From assembly GCA_013239625.1 (NCBI GenBank), contig MU053994.1, positions 1,863,775 to 1,927,588 on the forward strand: a stretch of DNA of 63,814 bases, read 5' to 3'. Made by a program: the position numbers and the translations under genes. The DNA comes from Lama guanicoe (taxonomy: Eukaryota). Of the stretch, positions 48,610 through 60,200 are shown piece by piece; position 1 is the first letter of the stretch, and each line of letters begins with the position of its first letter. The notes under the pieces are model-generated. The model did not search any database. It saw nothing but the letters and a program-made list of their open reading frames with translations, and had not been told where the DNA came from.

Positions 48610-48741
48610 NNNNNNNNNNNNNNNNNNNNNNNNNNNNNNNNNNNNNNNNNNNNNNNNNNNNNNNNNNNNNNNNNNNNNNNNNNNNNNNNNNNNNNNNNNN
48701 NNNNNNNNNNNNNNNNNNNNNNNNNNNNNNNNNNNNNNNNN
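48610..48741. other. assembly gap (N) in CpG-rich sequence
   Basis: Run of N. Confidence 1.
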
Positions 48742-49010
48742 AGATAAGAGTGTTTGAGGCTGAGGGCACGGCCCAAGCGAAGGCCCGGAAAAGCCCGGAG
48801 AACTGGATGAAGTTGACTGCGGCTGGAGGAGCAGGCCTCTGATCCAGAGGGCCCCGGGCGACAACGCTCAGAGCTAGCGCGCCGCGATCCGAGGCAGCTC
48901 GCCCAGCACTCCGCGGACTTGGCTGGCTGCCCCCTCGCATCCTTCCATCTGTAACCGATGTCTGGGGGACAGGCGGGAGTGGACGCGGACTGCGGGATGA
49001 TCACGTCCTC
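48742..49010. promoter_or_regulatory. small CpG-rich island or shore
   Basis: Dense CG dinucleotides (e.g. 'agcgcgccgcgatccgaggc', 'ctccgcggac', 'gacgcggactgcggga') next to a gap. Confidence 0.5.
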
Positions 49011-50351
49011 TTGGAGCTTCTCCTCCATTGCCTGTGGCTCTCTTCACCCCAGACCTGGAGAGAACCACAGTGCCCAGGGGTCCCCCGGAAGTAGATAACC
49101 CTGCTGGCCCCTCAGAGAGGGATGCGCACTTCAGGCTGGTTTCCCAGGAACCGAGGAGCGTTTAGAGATATCCCTGATCCCCTCATGACCAAAGGCACTG
49201 TCCCCAAAACCCCTGGCTACGGGGCTGCCACCTCGTGCCGCCAAATAGTTTGGCTCCAGGGATGGTAGAAAGGGGTGGGGGACAAATAGCCTTCGGGGTG
49301 GCACTGGCCGACTTGGAAGCTCTACAACCCAGGTCACTGGGTGCTGGCCTCAGTCCTATGAGTCTTCAGAACTGCCAGTGACAATGACAGCAGAAATGAG
49401 AATTCACAGATGTACCCTTTTTAGAACGGTCAGGGAGAGGGGTGGACAGAGGTGGTGGTGGAATGACTGGCAGGACAGCAAACCTCCGCAACGCACCCCT
49501 CCCTGCCACTCTCCTAGTTGAGGGCCTGTCCTTTCTCTCCAGCAAGCAGTATCTGCAAACTGCATTTCCCGGACCAGAGTGCGGGCAAGGCTTCGCTTTC
49601 CAGCCTCAAATTACCACCCTCCTTATGTCAAATATAACACATTCTCCAAGCTAATGACCTCTGCCCCCTCCTTAAAAAAAGAAAAAGAAGAAGAAAAAAG
49701 AAAAACAGCCCTCCACTTCATCTGTCTTTGGGGCTGGTGAGTGCCTTTCCTGGAGCAGGCGGAGAGTCTAGCAGTTTCTTTGTTTCCCAATGATGCTTTT
49801 TCTCCTTGATTCCCTGCCTTTCAATCTTGATTTTTATTTAGTCCGTGTCTCTAAAGAGCAGGGCTTCCCAGGCCCCTGGTTCACCCTGGCATCAGGCGGA
49901 AGCCAGTCTGGGGAAACTTTGATTCAATGTACAGATTTGCAGGTTTGGCATTCAGCTCTCAGATTCGTGCGCAGAGCAGCCACTCAGAAAGAGTTGAATC
50001 TCAGAGCAGTCTGGCCTGGGGACTGACTTTCCAAGAGCAGCCAGGCAAGCTGGTGGGTAGAGTCAGCCTTTTTGGCAGCAGGGGCCCTGGGCAGAGAGGA
50101 GTCCGACTGTCCCCAGGAGCAACTGGGAGAACAAATACAAGTCATAAGCGGCGTGACATTACAAGTGTGGCAGCTGGCCACCTAGCCTTAGCGGCACACA
50201 GGAGAGTTGTCTGGTGCCTACAACCTTCTGGAACAGGGGCAAAGGAGTGGCTGAGAGCCCCTAGCTCCGCCCTTGACTCTACAGGGTCTGTAAACACAAG
50301 GGTTCTATCTAAAATGATGGAAAGCCCAGGAGTCTGAGTGTTGATCCCTAT

Positions 50352-50795
50352 GGCATTTGGGGTCCTCCATGTAGCAGACAGCAAGATGGAATTAGAAATT
50401 CAAGAGATATACTGGGGGAAATGCCTGTGAAGGATTAAGGGGGAGGGAGCAGGAGCCAGGATACAGGTCTGATCCCTGAGAAAGAAGAGGAAGGGAAGGA
50501 GGATGGGGTGGGAAGAGCCTCAGACACAGTGCAGCTCTGAGAACGTGTCCACCAGGCCAATCAATGAGGAGCCCTGGAGCAAAGACTGCATCAGAGAAGT
50601 CCCGTGTCCACAGAATGGCCTGGTGTTGGTGCCCCCGCCTTGCTGTCATTGGGTGGAACAGCCTGGGGAGGGCGTGGCCTCAGCTGCTGTGGATTCTGAA
50701 GGTGCAGCAGCTGGGGGCTGTCCGCTAATAGCTCTCCTCCCAGACCCTTCTCCACTGAAGGGAAACCTGAGTCAAGCCCTCCCATGGCTGCCACG
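50352..50795 (-). mobile_element. LTR16-family ERVL solo LTR
   Basis: Reverse complement begins ~'gtggcagccatgggag'; 'ggaagagcctcagacacagtgcagctctgagaa', 'gagccctggagcaaagactgc', 'gggggaaatgcctgtgaaggat'. Confidence 0.8.
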
Positions 50796-51407
50796 GTGCT
50801 TTTGTGCCAAAGCAAGAGACTGTATCAGGAAGGGGCAACTGGCTCTAACACTGGTCTCACGACCTCAGACAAACTTTTCCCCCTTTGCGTTTCTTAGTGT
50901 GTGGATGAAAAGAATTAGCTATCACCTCCTCTGTCCTGATCTCTATGAGATGTTGAACACCCTTGGAATCTGGTTATTTTAATCTTTGAGCCTCTCAAAG
51001 GTAGATACGGAATTGGGGACTGAAGGGCCTCTACCCCTAGAGATAAATACACTCAAGTTGGAAAGGGTCCAGGGTCCTATTTCCAAGTCCAGAAGGGAGG
51101 TGGAGTGGACCAAGACCACTAGCTGCGCACTGACTTGATTATTCCTCAAAGGTGTACCGAGCATCTGCTCTGTGTGGACGATCACTACGTGCCCGGGAGA
51201 GGACGCGAGTCTCCTGAGGACCAGAGCAGCTCAAGCAGGAAGACCCTGCTGCCCACTCCCCCCACCCCCCACCCTCACCCCCAGCAAGCTTCCAATTCTC
51301 AAAGGTGAGGGGCAACATTTGAGATCAATTCCACTCCCTGAGGGAGATAGATGAAGGATTCAGAAGTTCCCTAAAATGGAGAGTGTAATCCCAATGACCT
51401 CCCCCCC

Positions 51408-51492
51408 ACCACACATATACACACACACACACACTTCCCCTGCACTCCTAATTCACAAAGACATGCGCACACGCACACACAAAACACATACA
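51408..51492. repeat. interrupted (CA)n microsatellite
   Basis: acacatatacacacacacacacac ... gcgcacacgcacacacaaaacacataca. Confidence 0.75.
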
Positions 51493-52594
51493 GAGAGCCA
51501 TCTTTGGCATCATTAATAATTTATCTTTGTAGAATCCTGTACAGTTTTAACAAATATTAAAGCATTATCTCATTGTTTTAATCACAACAGCCGCTTTGGA
51601 GTTGCCTCATTCCTCCTGATAATGAAGTTAGGCTCAGAGGTAAGATCTGAGCAAGGTGAAATGGCTGGTAGGTGGTTCTTAACCTTCGGGGCTATCTCAG
51701 ATCTATTTAAGACTCCTCCCCTCAGAAAAGCAAATACCAACTTCAAATTTTGCCCAGGCTTTCAGGGCACTACAGTTCCCTCTTCCAAACCCTCCAAAAC
51801 CAGGGTTAACACCTCCCCATCCACCCACCCCCAGTGGTAGGAGGCCAGACTAAAGTTTTGGCCTGATGGGGCTGAGGTCCAAGAGACAGCCTCTGGATGC
51901 AATCCAGAGAGAAATCTGCATCCCACCACAGCAGGATGAAGAAATTTCCCAGCCAGGATGGCCATGGAAGAGTTAAAGGGGTGCAGGGTTTTGTTTCTCA
52001 CCTCTGAGGACTCTGTTCTGGGTCATTAAGAACACACAAGGCCGAGTGAGCATTCCCTTGGCCGGGCCTGCCTCCAGCGCACAGCTCTGCTTCGCAACAA
52101 GATAAGTCCCATGCAGTCCTGTTTCCCTGAGAGGCAGATGGGAAATCGCCCCAGATAAGGGCTGTTGCTCCAGTGCTGGAGTCACCCAGGGCCTTTTTGC
52201 TGCTAGAACGGCCATCTCAGAGGCTGCATTTAGCACCGGCTAAGGAGGGAAGCCTTTTTGAGGGGCCCCCTAACAATGCTGTTTTAGGTCGCTCTAGAGG
52301 AAGAATCCTCTCGGGGTCCCTGGCGGTACAGGGCAAAGCAGGGCTACCTCCAGGTAGTGTTCCAGCGGTTTGAGGGTGGATGGGCCCCAGCGAGACCTCA
52401 GCCACCTCCTGCTGGGCCCCATACCCGGGGGACCTTGGAGCACCCCACCCCCCCATCCACCACCCAGGTGGTACCTGTGCCCTCGCAGGTAAGGAGAAAG
52501 GCCTGTGGAAAACACCATTACTGATAAGTAACAGCCCCTTTCAGGTTTAATGACACGTTGCATCCATCCTAAAGCTCTCAAAAAAAAAAAAAAG

Positions 52595-53970
52595 GGCCCT
52601 CTCGAGGGACAGCGCCTCGCGCCTGTAAGTAGGAACGACAGGCCGGGGCGCGCGCGGGGGGAGGGCTCACGGCGCGGCGCGGGTGTGTAAATTAACTGGG
52701 GGCCGCAGAGTAAATACATTACACACGGTATTTATTATGTGTCCGGACCTCGGAGGGGCTCTCAGGGTCCCGGACGTGGCAAATCTCGTCCAGAGCTCCG
52801 CAGGNNNNNNNNNNNNNNNNNNNNNNNNNNNNNNNNNNNNNNNNNNNNNNNNNNNNNNNNNNNNNNNNNNNNNNNNNNNNNNNNNNNNNNNNNNNNNNNN
52901 NNNNNNNNNNNNNNNNNNNNNNNNNNNNNNNNNNNNNNNNNNNNNNNNNNNNNNNNNNNNNNNNNNNNNNNNNNNNNNNNNNNNNNNNNNNNNNNNNNNN
53001 NNNNNNNNNNNNNNNNNNNNNNNNNNNNNNNNNNNNNNNNNNNNNNNNNNNNNNNNNNNNNNNNNNNNNNNNNNNNNNNNNNNNNNNNNNNNNNNNNNNN
53101 NNNNNNNNNNNNNNNNNNNNNNNNNNNNNNNNNNNNNNNNNNNNNNNNNNNNNNNNNNNNNNNNNNNNNNNNNNNNNNNNNNNNNNNNNNNNNNNNNNNN
53201 NNNNNNNNNNNNNNNNNNNNNNNNNNNNNNNNNNNNNNNNNNNNNNNNNNNNNNNNNNNNNNNNNNNNNNNNNNNNNNNNNNNNNNNNNNNNNNNNNNNN
53301 NNNNNNNNNNNNNNNNNNNNNNNNNNNNNNNNNNNNNNNNNNNNNNNNNNNNNNNNNNNNNNNNNNNNNNNNNNNNNNNNNNNNNNNNNNNNNNNNNNNN
53401 NNNNNNNNNNNNNNNNNNNNNNNNNNNNNNNNNNNNNNNNNNNNNNNNNNNNNNNNNNNNNNNNNNNNNNNNNNNNNNNNNNNNNNNNNNNNCTCTCCAA
53501 CCCCTCCTGTCCTCCCACCACGCCCAGCAGCCTAGTCCCGGTGGCTTTTCAGCCAGGGCAGGTAGTCGGGGAGGTGCAGGGGGTGTAGGGGGGAGGACGG
53601 ACCCTAGATTGCCTGCCCCATCACCCTCCCTCCGCGACCACGCTGCCGCCGAGCGCCCCGGGCCCGGAGGAGAGCCGGGCACGGGCGGCTGCCTCTGAGG
53701 GTTTGCGCCGTCTGGTCCGGGAAGGGTTCGCTGAGTCCAATTAAATCCCCACATTCTTTCCTTCGTTAGCCCTTTCCGGCTCAGACCTGCTCCTCCTCGG
53801 CCCTTTCAGCTTTCCGTACGAGTAGAACATGGCGCGCAGACACACACCCTGTTCTCCAAGAAGCACCCCCCGCCCCCCGACGTCTGCTTAGTCCCGAAAC
53901 TGGACACAGGGAAGAGTCCTCCGGGATGAGGCGTCAGACGTGCCCCCAGTTTTGCGGCCCGGCTCCTGCA
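52595..53970. promoter_or_regulatory. CpG island; centre (52805-53492, 688 N) unsequenced
   Basis: Both gap flanks are very GC/CpG-rich ('ggccggggcgcgcgcggggg', 'cggcgcggcgcggg', 'ccgcgaccacgctgccgccgagcgccccgggcccgg'). Confidence 0.8.
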
Positions 53971-54184
53971 CTGCTTCTAACTAGCTGGTGACCTTGGGCA
54001 AAGACTCAGTGCCTGGGGACCCTTATTCTTACACCTTGCGGAAGTTTGTCCAGCCCTGCCAGCTGGGGGCCTGGGATACAGCATTCAAAGGAATGGCCAA
54101 ACTCCCACTTCTCCCTGGAGCTTTCAGACCCTCCACCTTACGGAGAAAATCCAAAATTCCAGCTTCCTGGGGGGTCCTAGCTGC

Positions 54185-54415
54185 TCCACCTTCTACCTTC
54201 CTTCCTTTCTGCACACTTTCTGTTGCTGGCCATCATTCATGCATAGCATTTAACATCACCTGACAATAAGCTCTTGTTTGATTTTTATCAGTCTTCCCCA
54301 CTACCACGTAATCTCCATAAGGTTTGGGATTATTGTCCATCTTGTATCCCCAGCAACTGAAACAGCCTGGAACATAGGTACTCAATAAATATTAGTTGTT
54401 ATGAATGAATTGAAG
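54185..54415 (+). mobile_element. L2 3' end
   Basis: 'tgtatccccagc..aacagcctggaacataggtactcaataaatatt..tgaatgaattgaa'. Confidence 0.85.
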
Positions 54416-54487
54416 GAATTTGAACTTGGCCCAACTTCATCTCCTCTCCCGGAAGCAGATAAGACCTTGGCTTCTCACTCTGGGTTT

Positions 54488-55075
54488 TGTGGCACATTGT
54501 ATTTTCCAAAAATAGCCACAGCAATATTTGGTCTCACATGCTCTTCAAGAATCTTGCCACTAGCCCCCTTTAAGGAGAGCAGTCTGTTTCCCCTTTCCTT
54601 GAACCAAGTCCGGCCTTTGTGACTACCTCCATGAATAGAACATGGCCCAAGCGATACTGCAGACTTCCTAGTCTAGGTCATAGAAGATAATGTGGCATCC
54701 ATCTGACTCTCTCTCCTGGGATGCTCAGTCTTGGAATCCAGCCACCACGTTGTCAGGAAGCCCAGGCCACATGAAGAGGCCAAGGTAGGTTTTCCAGCCA
54801 ACAGGCCCAGCGAATGTCCCAGCTGACAGCCAGCACCAGCCAGCAGAGAGGTGAAAGAGTGAGCCTTCAAATGATTCCAACCCTTAGCCTTTGAGCCGCC
54901 CTGGTCAATGCCAAGTGGCGTCATCACCCTTCAGACTGCCCAGCTGACACCGAGGGAGCAGACAAGCTGCCCTGCCAAGCACTGCCCAAGTAGCGGATTC
55001 GTGAGCAAACTAAATGTTGATGTTGTAAGTCACCCAATTTGGGGATAGTTTGCTATCTAGTAGTAGATTAGCTGG
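54488..55075 (+). mobile_element. MLT1 (F/G-like) solo LTR
   Basis: 'tgtggcacattgtattttccaaaaatagccacagcaata', 'ggaatccagccaccacgttgtcaggaagccca', 'tttggggatagtttgctat'. Confidence 0.85.
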
Positions 55076-55652
55076 CTCTTGCACTCCAGTGACTGCTCTT
55101 CAGTCCCCTACTTCCTGGGCGCACTGGGGGCTGCTCACCACCATACCCAGAGCCACCCCACCCAGAGCCCCCCGCCTTCTCAGGTGCTTAGCTCTGGGAT
55201 CTCTCCCTCCAGCCTGCCACTTTTTGAAGGGTCCTCACATCCCCTCTCCCATGGCCACAGCTGCCTAGATAAACATCAGCCCACGATGAGTCCAAGCTGG
55301 CCCTTCTCTGGGCCAGCCCCTGAGAGGTGGCCCAGCTCAATGGGGGAAAAACCACTCTGCCTCACTGGTGGGCACCACCACCACCATACTTACTAATCCT
55401 GTGACATCTTCCTAGCCAGCTCTCTCCCCTACTGCACCCAGCTACTCCTCACTCTCCACTCAGCTCTGACTTCACAGGGACCACAGGAGTCACAGACAAG
55501 ACCGTCCTCCAAGCCCAGCATCTCACCACTACACATCTGTCCGCACCACCCTGTCCACCTGTCCTCCGATGCCCTGGGAAGAACATCCCTTCACCTATCT
55601 CGTGACCAGTCCAGTTCTTGAACTCTGAGTCCCAGGAGCTCAAACTCTAGGG

Positions 55653-55792
55653 CAGAGGTGTACAGTAAATCTTTTGGTGATGATGGAACTGTTCTAGATC
55701 TACGCTTTCCTAGCCACTAGCCACATGTGGCTATTGAGCACCTAAAATGTGGCTAGTATGATGCAAGAACTGCATAGTTTTATTTTTTAAAT
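55653..55792. mobile_element. MER3-like hAT-Charlie fragment
   Basis: 'gatgatggaactgttcta..tagccactagccacatgtggctattgagcacctaaaatgtggctagt'. Confidence 0.85.
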
Positions 55793-55986
55793 GGCTTAGG
55801 GAAACAGCCAGGCTAGGCTGCCCGTGGAGAAGGCTCCTGGGTGGCTAGTGGAGGATGGAGAGGAGCTCACCCGAGGCTTGCTTGAGCCCAAGCCTGGCCC
55901 TGCCCGTGTTCACAGTGAAGCCGCCTTGAGGCGAGGCTGTGGCGGTCAGTAGTGTCCCTCTCTACTGCCTGCTGCGGGGATCTACC

Positions 55987-56169
55987 CAGTGGTATGCTGG
56001 TGAACGTTTAACAACCGGCTCTGGGGTGGGGGAGTCTTAATTTCTAGCATTTGCTGATTTCCATAGAATAAATCCTCCTACCCTAGCCAATTTCATGCAA
56101 CCTGCTTGTCACTGAATGCAGAAGTGTCCTCGGCGCTTGTGAGCCGGAGCCGGCTCCAATACACCACTG
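55987..56169 (-). mobile_element. MER63A hAT element
   Basis: TIRs cagtggtatgctgg / ccaatacaccactg; 'gtttaacaaccggctct', 'gagccggagccggctcca'. Confidence 0.85.
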
Positions 56170-57217
56170 GGTCCAGCCCCGCAGATGAAGGAGCAGCTCC
56201 CTGGGTCCGGCAGGGCCGGCGAGCCGAGGAATCAACAGGAAGGGGCAGGGGTGAGGGGCTTTGACTGCCTGGGCCTGTTAGCTGGGCTGAGGTCCTGGGA
56301 GGGGAGGTGGCACCAGATGCCAGATCGCAGCTCGGGGTGTCGCCAGATGGTCTGGTCCACATTTGTTTGAGGGTGACTCCCTAGGACTCAGGCCTTATAC
56401 GGGCGCGCACTCACTTCATTTGTGATTGAGAAGCGTCTGCGAGCTTCAATCCGGCCTTCCTCCGGGATCTGTCCTGGGAGAGCAACTGGGAAGCCCTTGC
56501 CATGGGCTTGGCCAATCTGGGCCGTCGAGGGGCTGCAGGGTCAGACCCCAGGGACAGGGAGGAGAATTGCTCAGGGTAGAGTTGAGTTGGATGAGAGGCT
56601 CCTGAACCAAAACTGGCAACAGGGCTCTCCTTCTACAGAGTGACCCTTCAGAGCAGGCCTGAGGTCCTGGAAGCTAGAGTCCACTGCCCGGCCCACTCAC
56701 CCTCAGACCATCTCCCCCAGCTCCCATCCCCTCCCTGCCGCTGCCCGACTGACCCAAGATCCTTTTTCCTTTGCTTCTTCCTTTTCTTTGTACACAAAGG
56801 GGAGGGTGTGTCCTGCTCAGACCTGCCCCTCTCCAGGAACTGCTGGGAATTAGACTGCGTGACGCACTCACGGGGCAGAGGACCGGGCTGGTTCCCGAAG
56901 CCTCGCGTGGGCACCTCTGATAACCACGGTGGTGACTGTTCTTCATGCCGGTGGCTCATTAGGCTTTCTGGGGCCGGGCCAAGAAATTGCCAAGGACAAG
57001 ACAGGCGGCGTCTGCCTGCAAACTCCGCGGAGCCCACTCCCCTCAGAGGCCCTTCCTTCAGTGTGTGTGAGGGGGTGAGTTCCGCTGAGCTAGAACCGCG
57101 CCTGACAAGTGACACTTTGACGAGAGACGTGATGACGAGTCCCTGGGGAGGCTGTGGAGTCTGGTTCCTGCAGACAGTGTCTCCCCTGAGGCAGTCTCCG
57201 TGCTTGAGTGCTGAGTC

Positions 57218-57264
57218 TGTGTATGTGTGTGTGTGTGCGCGCGCGTGCGTGCGTGTGTACACAT
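57218..57264. repeat. 47-bp alternating purine-pyrimidine tract (TG/CG)
   Basis: tgtgtatgtgtgtgtgtgtgcgcgcgcgtgcgtgcgtgtgtacacat. Confidence 0.9.
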
Positions 57265-57980
57265 CCTGCTTCTCTGAGGAAGATTCTCCAAGCTCCACAG
57301 CCTGCTTGACAGAGGCCCCCCTGAACACAGCAAACCAGCCACTGGCTGCTGAATTCAGGCGATCCATCCTGGGGTCGCCCTGTCCTCACCCCCTTGCTCC
57401 AAAATGGTCCCCTTCTGAGCTGCAGATCCTGCCCTGTGTGTAGTGAGGGAGCAAATATTCCAGCCTCCAGGCATGTGATTTGCCTGATCATTCCAAACCC
57501 CTGGATCGTGCCTGGGCAGTCCACCCTGTGCTCAGCACCGGGCAGAGAGAGAAATAAATAAAAGTGTCCCTTTCTTTAGAGAACTTACAATCCAGGCACT
57601 GTCGATGGTAAAGGTCACGGGTTCCAAAGAAGCCAAGGTCACATGAAAAGCTTTCAGAAAGAGGCAGCATTTGAACTTGAAAAATACCTAGGCTGAGAAA
57701 AGCCCAGGGAGATGGGACAGGAAGGAGGGCAGGTCTGCCTTCCAGCAGGGGCTTGTGGTGGGGAGGCAGGGTTCCTTCTGGGGGAAGCAGATGGAATAAA
57801 AGTGGAGGAGGGCATAGAACTGAAGAAGCTGAGCGGGACAGTATGCCAGCCATCTGGTCCCCCGGGTCCCCTTCCCGACACCGACAAGCAGCCTGAGCTT
57901 CTCCTTCGTGCCCTCCCTTACTCTTCCCCAGGGGCCCGGCAAGGGCAAACCTCACTCTTCCACCAACAGCCCTTCGAATA

Positions 57981-58192
57981 CGATTGACCCTTGAATGACA
58001 CAGGGGCCAGGGACGCCAGACACCTGCACGGTCAACACTCTGCGTATAACTTTACAGTCAGCCCTCTGTATCTACAGTTCCACATTCGCAGATTCAACCA
58101 ACTCCGGATCGCATAGAGCTATAGCATTTGGGAGGGAAAAATACATGTGTAAGTGGACCTGCGCAGTTCAAACCCGTGTTGACGTTCAGCTA
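57981..58192. mobile_element. MER8-like Tigger (TcMar) element
   Basis: 'ttgacccttgaa', 'cgcagattcaaccaac', 'taagtggacctgcgcagttcaaacccgtgttg'. Confidence 0.8.
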
Positions 58193-58204
58193 CATTTGAA
58201 ACAG

Positions 58205-58710
58205 CAGTGTTATGCCTGCTGCTGCCTGAGCAGCACCCCAAAATTTAGTGCCATAAAATAATTGACTTTTTCCTCACAACTGATGGATCCGCTTGGCTCA
58301 GTGGGTTGTTCTTCTGTTCCACATCAGCTGGAGTCACTCATACAACTGCGCTCAGCTGGGAGTTTGGCTGGGTCTGCGACGTCCCAGCCGGCCAGCCTCG
58401 TTCCCGTCTTTGGCAGTTGGCGCTAGCTGTTGGCTGAGATGGCTCATTCTCTTCTGCTCGGCCTCTCTCTCCGGCAGGATACCCTGGGCTTCTCACCTGG
58501 CTCTTCTAGTCGAGGGAACAAAAAGAGGGCTCAGAAGTCACATGGCAACACTTCTCCTGAATTCCAGGGGCCCAAGTAGGTCACAAGGGCAGCCCAGATT
58601 CAAGGGGAGGGAAATGGACTCATTCTTGCTTCTTTTCAATGGGAGGAGCAGCATGCACACACAGGGCTGCGAGGCACTGGTGGCGACCCATTTTGTAGGG
58701 TTTGCCGGAA
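58205..58710 (-). mobile_element. MLT1-type solo LTR
   Basis: 'caccccaaaatttagtg', 'tcagctggagtcactca', 'gtcacaagggcagcccagattcaaggggagggaaatggact'. Confidence 0.8.
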
Positions 58711-59382
58711 ACCATCGTGGCCCCTGTATCTCAGCTTCTCCAGGCTGCTCGGCCCACATCCCTTTAGAAGCTCCTGACAGGCCCTAAGTTCTTTCTTCAA
58801 AGCCGTCTCTCCCTCCCACTCCGAATGCACCCTGGGTTGGGTACATCCCTTGCAGATCTGCCCTAGAACCTCTTTCAGTGGGATGGGAGGGAGTTGTCTG
58901 AGCAGCGGAATACTGAAGGCTTTCAGAAGGGACCTGGGGAGGTGGGCTGAGGTCAGAGCAGGCGCTCACCTCTAAGGCAGCCCCCATATTGACTAAAGCC
59001 AGAGGATGGGGCAAGGGAGGGGGGCCTCTTGACTGAGGATTATTTAGAGTTCCCCCTATCCCCGTCCCAAAGGCCCTTAGGAAAGAAAGCTTCCTGGCTG
59101 GTCAAGACTCCGGAAAACCTGTCACACAGCAGAACAAAGCGTTCTTTAAAAACCCTGAAGACTCTCCCTGTCCCAGCTGGTCACTTGGAGCAAACACTGC
59201 TGGTTAGCAAACTCGTAGTGCTTACTTGGCAATTAATCACTTAAAAGCTCTATGACGTCCTGCATATTGTTCTGGGTTGTTATTTAACTCTTGGCCGTGT
59301 TTGTGCTGCCAGGCGCTGGGTGGAGCCTCTAGGACAGACTACAGACTGACCCAGAACATCTTCCTGGGGAGAGAATCTCTTA

Positions 59383-59383
59383 A

Positions 59384-59415
<32 letters not shown>
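59383..59415. repeat. (CT)n microsatellite
   Basis: tctctctctctctctctctctctctctctgtctc. Confidence 0.9.
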
Positions 59416-59504
59416 CCAATGGTAATTTTATTTTCTCCTTTATATTCTTCTGGGTTTTTTTTTTGATGTTTTTCTATAACAAGTATATTATGCTTTCATA
59501 ACAA

Positions 59505-60200
59505 GAAAAAAAAATGTTAGACACAAATTCAAGGAGCCCCTGACAAAGATGTTCATTGCAGTGTTGCTTATATCAACAAAAACTCGGGAAACGCATCCAT
59601 GTCCAGCAACAAGAAAACTGCTAAGTAAGTTAAGACAAATCCCATGGGGTGTAAGAAAGCTATTTAAAATGAGGCTTAGAAGAATTTTCCATGATACAAG
59701 AAAATTCTCATAGTAAACCATTTGGTGTGAAAACAAGCCGCAATCAAAAATTTTTAAGCGTTTGATCTAAATTGATATATGGAAATAGGCTGATCAGAGC
59801 TTACCTTTATTAAGCATTTACTGTGTGCCAGCACTTACAGAACCAGCTCATTCCATCCCTGCAACATCCCTATAAGGTAAGGACTATTCTTATCCCCATT
59901 TAAAAGACGAGAAAGCTGAGACACAGAGAAGTTAAACACCTTAGCTAAAAATGACACAGCAAATATTACAGGGCACAGGTTTGAACGCAAAGAGCGAGCT
60001 CCTTCTCCCGCACTCTTAAGCACTACGCTGTGCACACATTTATAACAGGCTCGGAGATGTGTTAAAATGTTCACAGTTGTGATGTCTAGCTAGGGGTTAT
60101 AGGAGGTTTTTATTGTCTTGGTTACACTTCTCTGTAGGTTCTAATTTTTCCACAATAGGGCATGATTTCCGTCAATCACTGGGAAGAAATAATAATTATT
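59505..60200. mobile_element. old L1ME-like fragments (+) interrupted by a MIR (-, about 59800-60030)
   Basis: 'acaaagatgttcattgcagtgttg..aaatgtccag'-type L1 text; MIR 'ttattaagcatttactgtgtgccagcac..tatccccattt..gctgagacacagagaagttaa'. Confidence 0.65.

Noticed and set aside
52667-53754. 284-330-aa ORFs across the CpG island (and all other X-containing ORFs)
   Set aside because: Artefacts of translating N-gaps.
56640-57443. 267-aa and 239-aa antiparallel ORFs
   Set aside because: Both traverse a TG/CG microsatellite, are GC-rich chance frames and show no domain.
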